Positions 31,953 to 43,149 of a stretch of DNA of 64,000 bases are shown here, one piece after another; position 1 is the first letter of the stretch; the number at the start of each line of letters is the position of its first letter. The position numbers and the translations under genes were made by a program. This stretch comes from Candidatus Marinacidobacterales bacterium (GTDB taxonomy: Bacteria; Acidobacteriota; Vicinamibacteria; Marinacidobacterales; SMYC01), in contig CBDEGF010000004.1 of assembly GCA_965237685.1 (NCBI GenBank), positions 3,743,496 to 3,807,495 of the forward strand, in the 5' to 3' direction. The notes beneath the pieces are model-generated. The model searched no databases. It saw only the letters and a program-made list of their open reading frames with translations, and was not told the origin of the DNA.

Positions 31953-32940
31953 CCGTCCTGTGCCAAAACTCGGCCCTTTTGAAATAGGCCATAAATCAGC
32001 AGCTTAGTGTCTGTGTTTGCGCCGGGGCCAAGGGCCGTAGGCTTTACAATCGTCTGGCCCGAGGGTGTTATCTTCAGATCCATGATGACGTACCACGTGC
32101 AATTCCTACTGCTCGTTCTAGCTGGCTGGGTCAACCGCCAGCAGCAGGATGTGATCGACTACCAGCAAGAGGAGAACCGTGTGCTCCGAGCCGGGCTTCG
32201 GGGCAAGCGTCTCAGTCTCTCGGACGACGAGCGGCGCAGGCTCGCCGTCAAGGCCCAGGCTTTGGGCCGCGAGGCGCTGGCCCAGATTGCGTCCGTTGCC
32301 ACACCCGCTACGCTTCTGCGCTGGTACCGCCACCTCATCGCAGCCAAGTACGATGGCAGCAAGAACCGGAGTCCAGGCCGACCTCCGACGGCGAAGGACA
32401 TCCGTGAGCTCATTGTGCGCGTGGCGCGGGAGAACCCGACGTGGGGATATACGCGCCTGCGAGGCGCACTCAAGAACCTAGGACATGAACTCGGACGCAA
32501 CACTATCAAGAGGATCCTCGCCGAGCACGGTATCGCTCCTGCGCCGGAGCGGGGCAGGAGCATGTCGTGGAGCACCTTCATCAAGGCTCATTGGGGCGCC
32601 ATCGCTGCGACAGACCTGTTCACCGTCGAGGTTGTGAACCCGTTCGGGCTCGTCCGCTACCATGTCCTGTTTGTCATCGATATCGCCACTCGCTGCGTGT
32701 GCATCGGTGGGATAACGTCGGACCCCAACGGGGAGTGGATGAAGCAGGTGGCAAGAAACCTCACTGACATGTGGGATGGTTTCCTCCTTGGCAAGCGATA
32801 CCTCATCCACGACCGGGACCCGCTATTCACCGAGGCGGTACGTGGGCTGTTGAGAGATTCAGGCGTGAAGCCCCTTCGCCTTCCCGCTAATAGTCCGAAT
32901 CTGAACGCATATGCGGAAAGATTCGTTCTCTCCATACGTG
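31953..32940 (+). mobile_element. IS481-family element, copy 3, 3'-truncated at about 32940 where an IS256-family remnant begins
   Basis: Left 100-bp end plus transposase ORF 32007..33014, identical to copy 4 up to ...[18 protein letters not shown]. Confidence 0.7.
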
Positions 32941-33016
32941 GAGAGTGTCTCGACCGCTTCGTACCTCTCATTCTTCCCTTCCAACAGAGGCTGCGACGAT
33001 ACCCATCCAACTGATG

Positions 33017-34120
33017 GCGTACCGGTACTATGAGAACGCTCCGGCAACGACGAAGGAGAAGGGACGACGCAACGGGTATGAGTCGCATCGGGTCCTCACG
33101 GGCGAGGGAGCGGTAACGGTGCAAGTGCCGCAGGTACGAGAAACAGAGAAGGTGTTTCAGTCAAAGATTCTCGACGCCTACGTGAGCCGGACCGAGAAAC
33201 TCGATGAACTGATCGCGCGGATGTACGTCCACGGGATGTCGACGCGTGACATTGAGGCGACGTTCGCGGACGTGCTGAGCGGCACGGGTGTCTCGAAGTC
33301 GGTGGTGAGCCGGGTCACACGGTGTCTGTCGGAGGATTTCGAGGCGTTTCGAAAACGGGATCTCTCGAACGAGAAGCTGTTGTATCTCGAGCTCGACGGC
33401 ACGTACCTGCGCTACCACCAAGGAGCGGAGAGGAAAGAGCCCATCCTCGTTGCGACCGGCTATCGCGCTGATGGGACGCGAGTTCTTCTTCATATCGGTG
33501 TCGGCAACCGAGAATCCTACGAGAACTGGAAGGGGTTCTTGCAGGAGATGGTGGCCCGAGGAATGAGGGAGCCGTTGCTCATCGTGACGGACGGGAATCC
33601 TGGAGTGCTCAAAGCGATCGCAGAGGTCTTCCCTCGAAGCCTCAAGCAACGTTGCCAGAAGCACCGCCTCGAGAACATCCTGGGCAAGGCTCCGAAGGAA
33701 GTGCGCGACGAACTCAAGGCGGCCATCCTTGAGTCGTTCCATGCGAACAGCTACGAGCAAGGGCTGAAGAAGGGTCGGGAGGTGATCGCTCGGTACCGTC
33801 AACGATTCCCGAGCGCGATGAAGTGCATGGAAGAGACCCTCGAAGCGTGTCTTCAGGCGCTACGCCTTCCTGCGGCGCATCACAAAAGGCTTCGCACGTC
33901 GAATCTACTTGAGCGCACGTTCGGAGAGCACAAACGTCGCACAAAGGTCATTCCTCACTTCTTCACCGAGGAGGCCGCGATGAAACTCTCGTTCGCTGTG
34001 CTCTTGGCCGTCGCAAACAAATGGCGCGGCGTGAGGATGGATGTCTTCGCCGCTAGGAAAGTCGAGGAGCTTCGCAACGAGCTTCTCCCGCAAGGCACGT
34101 CGGAGGAATCAGCAGCTTAA
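33017..34120 (+). CDS. IS256-family (Mutator-like) transposase, N-terminally truncated
   Basis: RNGYESHRVLTGEGAVTVQVPQVRE, DGTYLRY, LLIVTDGNPGVLKAI and CQKHRLENIL are IS256 transposase motifs. About 70 N-terminal residues are missing. Confidence 0.7.
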   Translation, partial: AYRYYENAPATTKEKGRRNGYESHRVLTGEGAVTVQVPQVRETEKVFQSKILDAYVSRTEKLDELIARMYVHGMSTRDIEATFADVLSGTGVSKSVVSRVTRCLSEDFEAFRKRDLSNEKLLYLELDGTYLRYHQGAERKEPILVATGYRADGTRVLLHIGVGNRESYENWKGFLQEMVARGMREPLLIVTDGNPGVLKAIAEVFPRSLKQRCQKHRLENILGKAPKEVRDELKAAILESFHANSYEQGLKKGREVIARYRQRFPSAMKCMEETLEACLQALRLPAAHHKRLRTSNLLERTFGEHKRRTKVIPHFFTEEAAMKLSFAVLLAVANKWRGVRMDVFAARKVEELRNELLPQGTSEESAA

Positions 34121-34277
34121 CCGAGCGCGGGGAACCGTACGGAGATTTGACAGGAAAATTAAGACTTGACCCCCAAGACGCTCCTCACTGAGGCCGTAGA
34201 TATGTTTGCAGTCTGACCCACTCGTCACCGATTTGGACGAGCAGCTCTGAGGAAGACTTTTTTGAGAAAGGTGTTGA

Positions 34278-34700
34278 TTGAGGAGTCCAGATATGTTGCT
34301 ACGTGGCTGCGGGCAGTGGTACAGGTGCGGAAGAGACCGGGTTGCGCGCCCCAGTGAGCAGGAAAACCTCGATCCGCGACCACAGATGAAGCAGGTGGCA
34401 AGAAACCTCGCTGACATGTGGGATGGTTTCCTTCTTGGCAAACGGTTGTGCTCCGCAAAAAGTCGATCCAGCGGTACGTGATCTTCTATTTTGCGGATCA
34501 CACCGGTGTGGGCGCTGCGAAACGACTGGATGAGATAAGGGCCGAGTTTTGGCACAGGACGGGGTGGTGACCGAAGGCCCGGTGCGCGGGGCTTGAGTTC
34601 GTTTGTGGCGCGCAACCCGGTCTCTTCCTGTACCACCGCCCGCAGCCACGTAGCAACATTTGATAGCGGAAGCACGCAGCTGCATCAACCGAAACGCAAT
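34278..34700. other. junkyard: inverted pair of IS1-like ends (34297-34340, 34600-34690) flanking IS481-family transposase and end fragments
   Basis: Matches to 15050-15120, to the transposase segment [19 protein letters not shown], and to the GCCGAGTTTTGGCACAGGACGGGG end. Confidence 0.5.
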
Positions 34701-34962
34701 GGTCGAAGGGTGCTTCCGCCATTAAGTGTTGGTAAGATGACGCTAAGACTTTACGCTGCATTAAATCACAGCCAAAATAGCGCTCGCGACCTTCGCCGCG
34801 CGCAAATGGAGCGTAAGCGATTTTTTTGCAAAGGGATACGTACACATCACCAACAGCAAACAGCGCAAGCACCGTGCCATGGCGGCATTCTTGCACACGT
34901 GAGCGTGGTTTGCCTATAGTGCTGTCGCGTGCTCCATACCGCGCTAGGAGGAAAACATCTAA

Positions 34963-35679
34963 ATGAGCAAAGATAACTGGAGTGATCTTGCGTCGGCGCT
35001 CAACTCCAAGCTAAAACTGCAAGCCACACCTATTGCCATCACCTTTTCCAACGACTTCCAAGGAGTTCCGCCATTCGAGGGACCGACCCCGGCGCCGATG
35101 CCCGATGGGCGGACTGGCAAGGTCCCTGCGGGCTGCGTTTTCTGGATGAAGGCAACGGACCGTACGTTCAGCACCGTCGCCGAAGATCACGGCAATTGCA
35201 GTGTCGGAAGCTTGACGCACGGCCTCAAGACAATGGACGAAGTAGCCGGCAATAGCGACGTGGCTGCGCTCCTAGATAGCGGATGGGTCACGATGGATGT
35301 CGTCCCTCAAATCCCGGTGGTCAAGACCAAGTACCGCTACATTACCTACGGACCGCTCGTGGAGAGCTCGGATCCGGACGTGGTCGTCGTTCGCCTCAAC
35401 GCAACACAACTTATGGTCCTTCATGACGCAATCCCCGGTCTTCGCTTCGAGGGAAAACCCCAGTGTCACATCGTCGCCATCGCCAAGGAGCAAGGTGAAA
35501 TCGCGGCCAGTGTCGGGTGCATGCTAAGCCGGATCCGTACAGGGATGTCACCCAGCGAAGTGACGTGCGCGATCCCGGCCTCCAAGCTGGGCGACGTCAT
35601 CGAGGCGCTCGATTCCACTTGCGTGGCGGACGGCAAGGTGGCGACGTACGCTGCAGAAGATGGGAAGCGATTCGCCTAG
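34963..35679 (+). CDS. hypothetical protein, possibly DUF169-like
   Basis: 238 aa, no signal peptide. Cys-containing motifs (GCVFWMK, GNCSVGS, PQCHIVAIAKEQGEIAASVGC). The family assignment is tentative. Confidence 0.35.
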   Translation: MSKDNWSDLASALNSKLKLQATPIAITFSNDFQGVPPFEGPTPAPMPDGRTGKVPAGCVFWMKATDRTFSTVAEDHGNCSVGSLTHGLKTMDEVAGNSDVAALLDSGWVTMDVVPQIPVVKTKYRYITYGPLVESSDPDVVVVRLNATQLMVLHDAIPGLRFEGKPQCHIVAIAKEQGEIAASVGCMLSRIRTGMSPSEVTCAIPASKLGDVIEALDSTCVADGKVATYAAEDGKRFA

Positions 35680-35716
35680 GACCCTAAGTCGGTCAAACCC
35701 CGTGAGGTCAAAATAC

Positions 35717-36578
35717 TCATGCGCGTCGTGTCCAAAAATACAAACGAACTCAAGACCGGCTTGCCGGGACGTTTCGGAATAGACGTGTCTACGCTTGGTT
35801 CGCAGCACTTGAATGACCGGGTTGATTTCTCCGGGATTGCAGGCTAGCGTAATCTTTAAACAGACAGCGAGGAGAGGAGAGACAAATGCAGCCACTTTAC
35901 GATCCCGAGGGTGTTCGGCCCATGTGGGAGGAGCTTGCCCAATGCGGGGTCGAGCCCGTGCAAACAAGAGAGAACGTTGACGAGGCCTTGAAGAGGCCTG
36001 GGACAACGCTCGTGGTGGTGAACTCGGTTTGTGGATGTGCTGCCGGCTCGGCGCGCCCGGGTGTGACTCGCGCCCTGCAACACAGCACAATTCCCGATCA
36101 CCTCACGACGGTCTTCGCCGGCGTGGACCGTGAGGCCACGGAGCGCGCCAGAGAGCACATGGTCGGCGTTGCTCCGAGCTCACCTTCGGTGGCTCTTTTC
36201 AAAGACGGCGAGCTCGTGCACATGCTTGAGCGACGGCATATAGAGATGATGAACGACGAGATGGTGGCGCAGAACCTGACCGAGGCTTTCGACAAGTACT
36301 GCTCTCGACAGGGACCGTCCGTCCTCAGAGAAGAGTACGAGAAGGTGGTGCACGCCCGGCAGTGTGGCTCCTCGGTGCCGCTGTTCGATCCCCTCTCAAA
36401 CCACTAGCAGGCGCTCTTCTCCCCGGCAAAGTCCAGTCCCGTCTCGCCCTCGGCGGCCGTTCCCCGCCCGTGGCGCGCCCCACCACCCATCAGGCCAGCC
36501 GTGCGCACCCCCGGCAAAATCATCCCAGAACGTCCCGGCGCGTGGGTCTTGAGTGCGTTTGTGTTTTTGGACACGACG
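35717..36578 (+). mobile_element. MITE-like element bounded by inverted copies of the ~75-bp terminus of the second IS481-type IS, carrying a bacilliredoxin gene instead of a transposase
   Basis: 35717-35790 matches the 45790-45870 left end (TCGTGTCCAAAAAYACAAACGAACTCAAGACCGGC..GCCGGGACGTTTCGGAATAGACG). 36525-36578 is the same terminus inverted. Confidence 0.55.
35886..36407 (+). CDS. bacilliredoxin (YphP/YqiW, DUF1094 family; BrxA/BrxB-type)
   Basis: GTTLVVVNSVCGCAAGSARPGVTRAL...TVFAGVDREATERAREHMVGVAPSSPSVALFKDGELVHMLERRHIE...NLTEAFDKYC matches B. subtilis YphP almost motif by motif, including the CGC redox motif. Confidence 0.8.
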   Translation: MQPLYDPEGVRPMWEELAQCGVEPVQTRENVDEALKRPGTTLVVVNSVCGCAAGSARPGVTRALQHSTIPDHLTTVFAGVDREATERAREHMVGVAPSSPSVALFKDGELVHMLERRHIEMMNDEMVAQNLTEAFDKYCSRQGPSVLREEYEKVVHARQCGSSVPLFDPLSNH

Positions 36579-36690
36579 GGACTAGGACTCTACATCGTAA
36601 GCGTCCGCTCCCACCATGTTCCCGATACGTCGCTCCCGAGGCATCCTTTGTGTGCTCGCCACTGGAGGCGGGGGACGAAGGAGGCAAGAG

Positions 36691-37056
36691 ATGTCGAAGC
36701 GAAGGACAGCGGGGATATCGAAAGTGATAGGGAAGCGGCGCTGGGCAGAGGCGGATGCGCGGAATGTTGTGTCGTCATGGCAGCGTAGTGGGAAGCGTGT
36801 CTCGGAGTTCGCCAGGGAGTACGGGTTGACCTCCCAGCGGCTGGTTCGGTGGTCGGAGCGACTGCAAGGCGGGTCGAGGGGGAGTGTACGGTTTCATCCG
36901 GTTCGCCTGGTGGGAGGCGAGCGAGAAGGCGAGCGAGGAGGCGAGAGGGACGCGATCGAGGTGGTGTTGTTGGACGGCAGGCGCGTACGAGTGCGTGAGG
37001 GGTTCTCATCTGAGGAGCTGGGTCGGGTGCTCGAAGTTCTAGAAGGTCGAGCGTGA
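36691..37056 (+). CDS. tnpA: IS66 TnpA (orfA)
   Basis: [61 protein letters not shown] gaaggagg upstream. Confidence 0.75.
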   Translation: MSKRRTAGISKVIGKRRWAEADARNVVSSWQRSGKRVSEFAREYGLTSQRLVRWSERLQGGSRGSVRFHPVRLVGGEREGERGGERDAIEVVLLDGRRVRVREGFSSEELGRVLEVLEGRA

Positions 37057-37439
37057 TGTGGATGCTCCCATCGTCTGTGAGGATCTACGTTGCGGCGGAG
37101 CCGATGGACCTGCGTCGCGGCTTTGACGGGCTGGCTGCAGCGACGCGGAGTGTGATCGGTCAATCGCCCCTGAGCGGTCATCTGTTCGTGTTTCTGAATC
37201 GGCGTCAGAATCGTGTGAAGATCCTCGCTTGGGATCGGACGGGGTACGTTTTGCTGTACAAGAGGCTGGAGCGAGGGACCTTTGAACTGCCGACGTCACC
37301 GCGTCCGGGTGATAGGCACGTTGAGTTGGACTCTGGCGAGCTGGGACTGATGCTGGAGGGGTTGGACCTTCGTGGCGCTCGACGCCGGAAGCGATGGTAT
37401 CAGCGAGCTGAGGAGAAGAGAGTCGCCCTTCACGGTTGA
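37053..37439 (+). CDS. tnpB: IS66 TnpB (Orf2-like)
   Basis: [69 protein letters not shown]. Overlaps the tnpA stop. Confidence 0.8.
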   Translation: MMWMLPSSVRIYVAAEPMDLRRGFDGLAAATRSVIGQSPLSGHLFVFLNRRQNRVKILAWDRTGYVLLYKRLERGTFELPTSPRPGDRHVELDSGELGLMLEGLDLRGARRRKRWYQRAEEKRVALHG

Positions 37440-37516
37440 AGGGCTGATTTTCTTCCCAAGAACGCAGCAGGGACTTGACTTTCTTGCTTTTTGCGATTAG
37501 TCTTAATCTTCTATAT

Positions 37517-37837
37517 ATGACTAAGACGCGACTACTGCAACGGCTTCAAACCCTCGGCGAGAACGCTGTACCGGGCACGCTTACGGAGGTCATGCTTCGC
37601 TGTGGTAAAACCGCCTGCGGGTGCCGAACCGACCCGAATCGTCTCCATGGTCCCCACCTGTACCTGAAGTTTCGCAACGAGGAGGGTCGGTCGACATCGC
37701 TGTACATCCCGCGAAGCCACGAACGGGAAGTTCGTCGTGGAGTCGAGGCCTGGTCGAAGATGCGAGAGGCGGTGGCTCAGTTGGGCAATCAGAATCGCAA
37801 GGGGCTAGCGAAACAGCTGCGTCAAAAGCGTAAGTAG
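37517..37837 (+). CDS. small Cys-rich ORF (106 aa; CGKTACGC...HGPHLYLKFRNEEGRSTSLYIP) between tnpB and tnpC
   Basis: ATG at 37517. Its stop overlaps the tnpC GTG by one base (TAGTG). Occupies the same slot as the DUF4338 ORF in the other IS66 copy. Confidence 0.4.
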   Translation: MTKTRLLQRLQTLGENAVPGTLTEVMLRCGKTACGCRTDPNRLHGPHLYLKFRNEEGRSTSLYIPRSHEREVRRGVEAWSKMREAVAQLGNQNRKGLAKQLRQKRK

Positions 37838-39503
37838 TGAACACGAGCTCCGAATCGACCCAGTCGCGCCGAGAGGGCGCTGGCAGTACGAGGGCGCCCA
37901 ACGCTCTGGGGCAGATTCGGGATTCGGCCCGAAGTCTAGCAAGCGAGGGCAAGACGGAGGAAGCGTTCGACCTGCTGGTCTCGGCGCTGGATGCGGTGTT
38001 GCGCAAATCGAGAGAGCTGGAGCTGATGGTGTTGAAGCTTCAGAGGGAACGAGTAGGCAAGCGCTCCGAGAAGGTGGACCCCGGACAGCTCCAGCTGATG
38101 TTCGAGCAGCTGATGAGCCAAAGCGGTGGTGAAGAGCTGGAGTCGGAGCTCGACCCACAAACCGAGGCTCGGGAAGACGCGGAGCTGGAACAGCAGATCG
38201 AAGAAGCGAAAAAGACTCGGCCACGAGGCAAGGGCAACAAACCGCGCCGCGAAACAATCCGAACGGACGGGATCGAACGCCAGGTTCACTTGCGCGAGAT
38301 ACCTGAAGAGGAGCGGGGCTGCTCTCGATGCGGCAAACTCAAGAAGCCTCTCGGTAAAGACGTCCGACGGAGGCTCGAGTACGTGCCGGGGCACTTCATC
38401 GAGCATGAGTACCATCTGGAGAAGTACGCCTGCGGGAAGTGCCGGGAAGGCGTCACGAGAGCCGAGGGCCCGGCCCCGGTGATCGAGCGGAGCAGCGCTG
38501 ACGCCTCGCTTTTAGCTCATGTGGTGGTGAGCAAGTACGTAGACCACGTTCCCCTTCACCGTTTGCATCGTATCTACGCCCGTAGCGGCGCGGGGATTGC
38601 GGTCTCCACGATGTCGGATTGGGTGGGCGAGGTGGCAAACCTTGTGGAGCCGCTTGTGGACCAGTTGGAGAAGCGGGTCCTGAAGGCCGATGTCATCCGA
38701 ACCGATGCCACCGGAGTGAAAGTGCTCGATCCGCAAAGCCCGGAGAACATCGAGCGAGGCACGATGTGGTGCTACATGGGCGACGACCGAGACGTGGTGT
38801 TTCGCTACGCGCCGACGGGCGAAGGAGCGACGGGTCCGTGGGAGTTTTTGGCGGGCCGCACGGGATACGTGCAGGCCGACGCCGCGAGCGTGTTCGATCG
38901 CGTGTTTAACGGCACGGTGGCCTCCGCGGAAGAAGTCGGTGCTGGGCGCATGCACGACGAAGGCTGGTTGCCCTCAAAGACATGGACTGCCGCGTCGCCT
39001 ACCCGCTCAAGCTGATCGCAAGGATGTATCGCATCGAACGCCTGGCCGATGCGAGGGAGCTGTCGGTCGACGAGCGGACGCTACTTCGCAAGGAGCGCTC
39101 GGCGTCGGTACTCGAGAAGCTGAAACGGTGGTTTGTGCTGACGCATCGAAGCGAACCGCCCAGCTCGGACCTTGCCATGGCCACGGGTTACCCACTCAAC
39201 CACTGGACCGCTCTCACTCGCTTCGTCGACGATGGACGCTTAAGCCTTGACAATAATATCTGTGAGCAACAAATGAGGGCCATCGCACTCGGTCGACGCA
39301 ACTATCTCTTCTGCGGTTCTCACGACGCCGCGCGACGCACCGCCGTTCTCTACAGCCTCATGCGCACCTGCGCACAGCACAACGTCCCGCCTCTCCCGTA
39401 CCTCACTGACGTGCTCCGCAAGCTCGCCGACGGATGGCCACAAAAACGCATCCACGAGCTTCTACCCGACCGCTGGCAGCCTACTCCCGCCTCCACCCCA
39501 TAG
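37837..39503 (+). pseudogene. tnpC: IS66 TnpC transposase with a single -1 frameshift near 38960
   Basis: ORF 37837..39015 carries the Zn finger CSRCGK...CGKCREG and DDE core. ORF 38982..39503 carries CWAHARR...NNICEQQMRAIALGRRNYLFCGS. At the junction ggtgctgg reads as if a T is missing from an expected ggttgctgg (EEVG/CWAHAR). Confidence 0.75.
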
Positions 39504-39762
39504 CAGTTCCCGTGCCATAAACCCCCTATTCCGGGGCGAATGCTGCGTATTCCGGGGCATCGTGAACGCAGATTCCAGCCGAAGGTGAACATCCATTCCA
39601 AAGCATCGTGAACACGGATTCCGGGGATCGTGAACATGGATTCCGGGGAAGGTGAACACGGATTCCAGGCAACGTGAACGCCGGTTCCGGCATCGCGAAC
39701 GCTCATCGATAGCACGTTTCAAGGCACTCTAGGTCGTACCCGGAAGGAGGACGATCTAGGAA

Positions 39763-41320
39763 ATGGCAGCTAAGAGGTTATCGATGAGAAAAATACGAGA
39801 GGTTCTAAGGTTAAAGTACGAGCTGGGTTTTACTCACCGCACGATCGCAAAGGCACTTCGCGTGGCGGTTGGAACGGTGAGTGAGTACCTGGCCAAGGCG
39901 AAGAAGGGTGGTCTGAGCTGGCCGCTCCCGGAGGAGCTGAGCGACGGGGAGCTGGAGGCAGGGCTGTTTCCGCCGCCGGGCTCGTCTGGCGCACGGCCGG
40001 GTCTGGACTATGCCCACATCCACGAGGAGCTGAGGCGTCACCGAGAGCTGACGTTGCTGCAGCTGTGGGTGGAGTACGCGGAGAATAAGCCGGGAGCGTA
40101 CGGCTACAGCCGTTATTGCGAGCTGTACGGTCAGTGGAAGAAGAAGCTGAACCCGACGATGCGTCAACGGCATCGAGCAGGCGAGAAGACATTCGTCGAT
40201 TTTTCGGGGGAAGAAGCCTCACATCGTCGATCCGAAAACGGGAGAGCTCGTCGAAATGGAACTGTTCGTCGGGACGTTGGGCGCGAGCAGTTACACCTAC
40301 GTCGAAGCGACACTGAACCAGTCGCTGGAATCGTGGGCGAAGGCCCATAAGGGGATGTCGGATTACTTCGGTGGCAGTACGGAGATCTGGGTTCCGGACA
40401 ACTTGAAGAGCGGCGTGGATTTGGTGGACCGTTACGAGCCAGGGATCAACCGGACGTACGAAGAGCTGGCGACGCATTACGGTGCGGTTGTGGTCCCGGC
40501 TCGGGTGTTCAAGCCGAAAGACAAAGCGAAGGTGGAGTCGGCAGTGCAGGTGGCGCAGCGCTGGATCCTGGCGGTGCTTCGTCATCGCACGTTCTTCAGC
40601 CTGGCGGAACTGAACGAAGCCATCTGGGAGAAGTTAGAGGTCCTGAATGCGCGTCCGATGCAGAAGCTCGGTGTGAGTCGGCGGGAGTTGTACGAAAGGC
40701 TAGACCGGCCCGTACTGAAACCGCTACCGCAGGAGAGCTACGAGTTATCGACGTGGAAGCGGTGCAGAGTGAACATCGACTACCACGTGGAGGTGGAGAA
40801 CAACTTGTACAGCGTTCCCTATCAGCTCATTCACGAGAAAGTCGAGGCACGGGTGACGGCCTCGGTGGTGGAGGTCCTGTTCAAGGGAAAGCGCGTCGCG
40901 TCGCATCCCCGCAAGAAAGGAAAGGGGCACTACTCCACGAACCCGGAGCATATGCCACGTTCGCATCGGGAGCACCTGGAGTGGACGCCGTCGCGGCTGC
41001 TCCACTGGGCGGAGCAGTCAGGTCGCGCCACGGGAAGGCTGGTTGCGGGGATTCTAGAGAGTCGGCCTCACCCGGAGCAGGGATTTCGCTCTTGCCTGGG
41101 AGTCATGCGACTAGGCAGCCGCTGGGGCAGTGAGCGTCTCGAGGCCGCTTGCGCACGAGCGGAAGCTTTGAGCTCTTACAGCTATCGCACGGTGAAAAAC
41201 ATTCTCTCGGCTGGTCTGGATCGTGTGGTGCTCGAATCGGACGCCGAAGCGAAACCGCGAGAGGAGCACGAGAACATCCGAGGCGCGGATCACTACGAAG
41301 GAGGAGAGTCCCGATGCTGA
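39763..41320 (+). pseudogene. istA: IS21 IstA transposase, +1 frameshift in a G-run at about 40213
   Basis: ORF 39763..40350 is the HTH N-terminus. ORF 40256..41320 is the DDE core. tcgggggaagaag has one G too many relative to the frame that restores the DDE-core frame (...FSGKKPHIVDPKTGELVEMELFVGTLG). Confidence 0.75.
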
Positions 41321-42072
41321 CACCCGGAACGATAGAAAAGATGAACGCCATGAAGTTGTTCGGCTTGGTGTCCGCGTTCGAAACCCAGTTGAGCTCGAGC
41401 GAATACAAGGAGCTGAGCTTCGAGGAACGTGTGGGACTCCTGGTCGATGCCGAGTGGACCGCCCGCGAACAGCGTAAGCTTTCTCGACGACTGCGAGCGG
41501 CAAAGCTCCGCTATCCGGCATGTTTGGAGAACGTGAACTTCCAAGCGCCTCGAGGCTTAAACCGCGAACAGATCTTGAGCCTGGGCAACTGCCGCTTTGT
41601 CGGTGAGCGCCATAACCTGCTCATCACCGGCCCGACGGGGATTGGCAAATCGTTCTTGGCTTGCGCCTTCGTGGAGCGGGCCTGTCGTCGCCGCTTCACC
41701 GGATGCTACGTGCGAGCACCGCGCTTGCTCCACGAGCTCGCGGTCGCTCGTGGTGATGGTTCCTACGCCCGGCTTTTGACGAAACTCGCCAAGCTGGACT
41801 TACTGGCTATCGATGATTGGCTGCTTCACCCGCTGAAAGAATCGGAGAGACGGGATCTAATGGAGGTCATCGAAGACCGCGCCGAGCGTGGCTCCACACT
41901 CATCGCGACCCAGATTCCGCTCAAGCAGTGGCACGAAGCGATTGGCGACCCAAACCAGGCAGACGCTATCTGCGATCGCATTCTCCACAGCGCGCACCGC
42001 ATCACTCTCAAAGGAGCTTCTCTGAGAAAGACCAAGGCTGCGCCAAAGGCATCTGACAACGCCGATGCATGA
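41314..42072 (+). CDS. istB: IS21 IstB ATP-binding helper
   Basis: ATGCTGA overlap with the istA stop. Walker A LLITGPTGIGKSFLACA, Walker B DLLAIDDW. Confidence 0.85.
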   Translation: MLTPGTIEKMNAMKLFGLVSAFETQLSSSEYKELSFEERVGLLVDAEWTAREQRKLSRRLRAAKLRYPACLENVNFQAPRGLNREQILSLGNCRFVGERHNLLITGPTGIGKSFLACAFVERACRRRFTGCYVRAPRLLHELAVARGDGSYARLLTKLAKLDLLAIDDWLLHPLKESERRDLMEVIEDRAERGSTLIATQIPLKQWHEAIGDPNQADAICDRILHSAHRITLKGASLRKTKAAPKASDNADA

Positions 42073-43149
42073 GCGAGCGAGGGACCACAGCGTCGATGCG
42101 ATAAAAACGGGTGAAACCGCCAAACCCGGGGTACCAGACGATGCGGCGCCAAAACGACGCGCGAGAATGCCTCAGGAAGCGTCTTCTCGAGCCAGGCCAT
42201 ACCCCAGCAACCCCCGAAACCAGCCCCACATCGCCCGGGGTTCGGCCGCGGCAGGTCGCTGCCTACGGGAGCGGGAAGGTCGCTTCGCGTCTTTCCTTAC
42301 GCCCGCTCCCTCCGGCACCGACCTGCCGCCCCTTGCTACACAACACGCAGGTAAGATAGGTTCACGTTTTCAATCAGTGGAAAGGAGGTCACCCAACACT
42401 TCATCGCTTCGATGAGCGTTCGGCTTCACCGGATTCGCTGTTCAGCTTGCTCTGGATTCGGCGTTCACGATGGCTGGAATACGCACGAATGCGTCATGGG
42501 GACACCAGACGCATACTCTACATCGCCCGGGAATTAGCCGAGTACCACGGTTGGAAGTTGCAGATGCACGATGAGTTCGGCAGCGTCCGCGAAGGGCGGC
42601 TAAACAAGTTTGTACTCGACTTGGGGTAGAGATGGGGCCACGAGAATAGAATCGTTGAGGCGTTCCAGTGCAACGAGATCGAAAAGATCCTTTTGATCGA
42701 CGACGCGTACGATCCTCCAGTACTCGATGAGTCCTGCGGCGCGAAATACCCTCGATTCTGCGCGGATTCCAAGGGCGTCTAACCTGCTGATTTGTGGTCT
42801 ATTTCAAAAGGGCCGAGTTTTGGCACAGGACGGGGTCTTCCAGTTCCATCGCGACTCCTTCCGCTGAACTGGAATACGTATCCGACCGCAATGGCCGATT
42901 TCAAGCGGCCTTTGGGAAGGTGCAAACTGCTGACCTGCTGGGCGTTCGAGTTTTTTGACCAGACGGCCGAGTTTTGGCACAGGACGGGGGAGGAACGGCG
43001 AGCTGCTGGCGAAGAGCGACATTCTCGAGAGCCAGCTCGCGACGAGCCTTGAAGGCAGAGACGAGAGCGCGAACAAACGACGAAATCATACCGGCATGGT
43101 CCCGGCAGACCGGAGACTAATCAAGTTCGGTGCGCGCGGATGAATAAAT

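Larger units (their letters stand above)
36597..39532 (+). mobile_element. second, different IS66-family element (left inverted repeat GTAAGCGTCCGCTCCC); its right end runs into the IS21 insertion
   Basis: tnpA, tnpB, a small Cys-rich ORF and tnpC in the canonical order. The IS21 left end starts at 39533. Confidence 0.7.
39533..42484 (+). mobile_element. IS21-family element, complete, with TG...CA termini, multiple subterminal CGTGAACRYGGATTCCGG-type repeats and 7-bp target duplication CGAATGC
   Basis: Left end tgcgtattccggggcatcgtgaacgc. Right end gcgttcacgatggctggaatacgca (reverse complement match). Flanking CGAATGC at 39526-39532 and 42485-42491. Repeat array 39540-39720. Confidence 0.8.

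Noticed and set aside
35886-36407. Possible confusion of the 'Brx' bacilliredoxin with BREX brxA/brxB
   Set aside because: The sequence is unambiguously the thiol-redox YphP/bacilliredoxin family (CGC motif) and is unrelated to BREX components. Its presence is not evidence for BREX.
39540-39720. Array of regularly spaced about 18-bp repeats (CGTGAACRYGGATTCCGG), superficially CRISPR-like
   Set aside because: The repeats are imperfect and there are no unique spacers of constant length. The array sits exactly at the left end of an IS21 element and is mirrored at the right end (42350-42484). These are the multiple terminal IstA-binding repeats typical of IS21-family ends.
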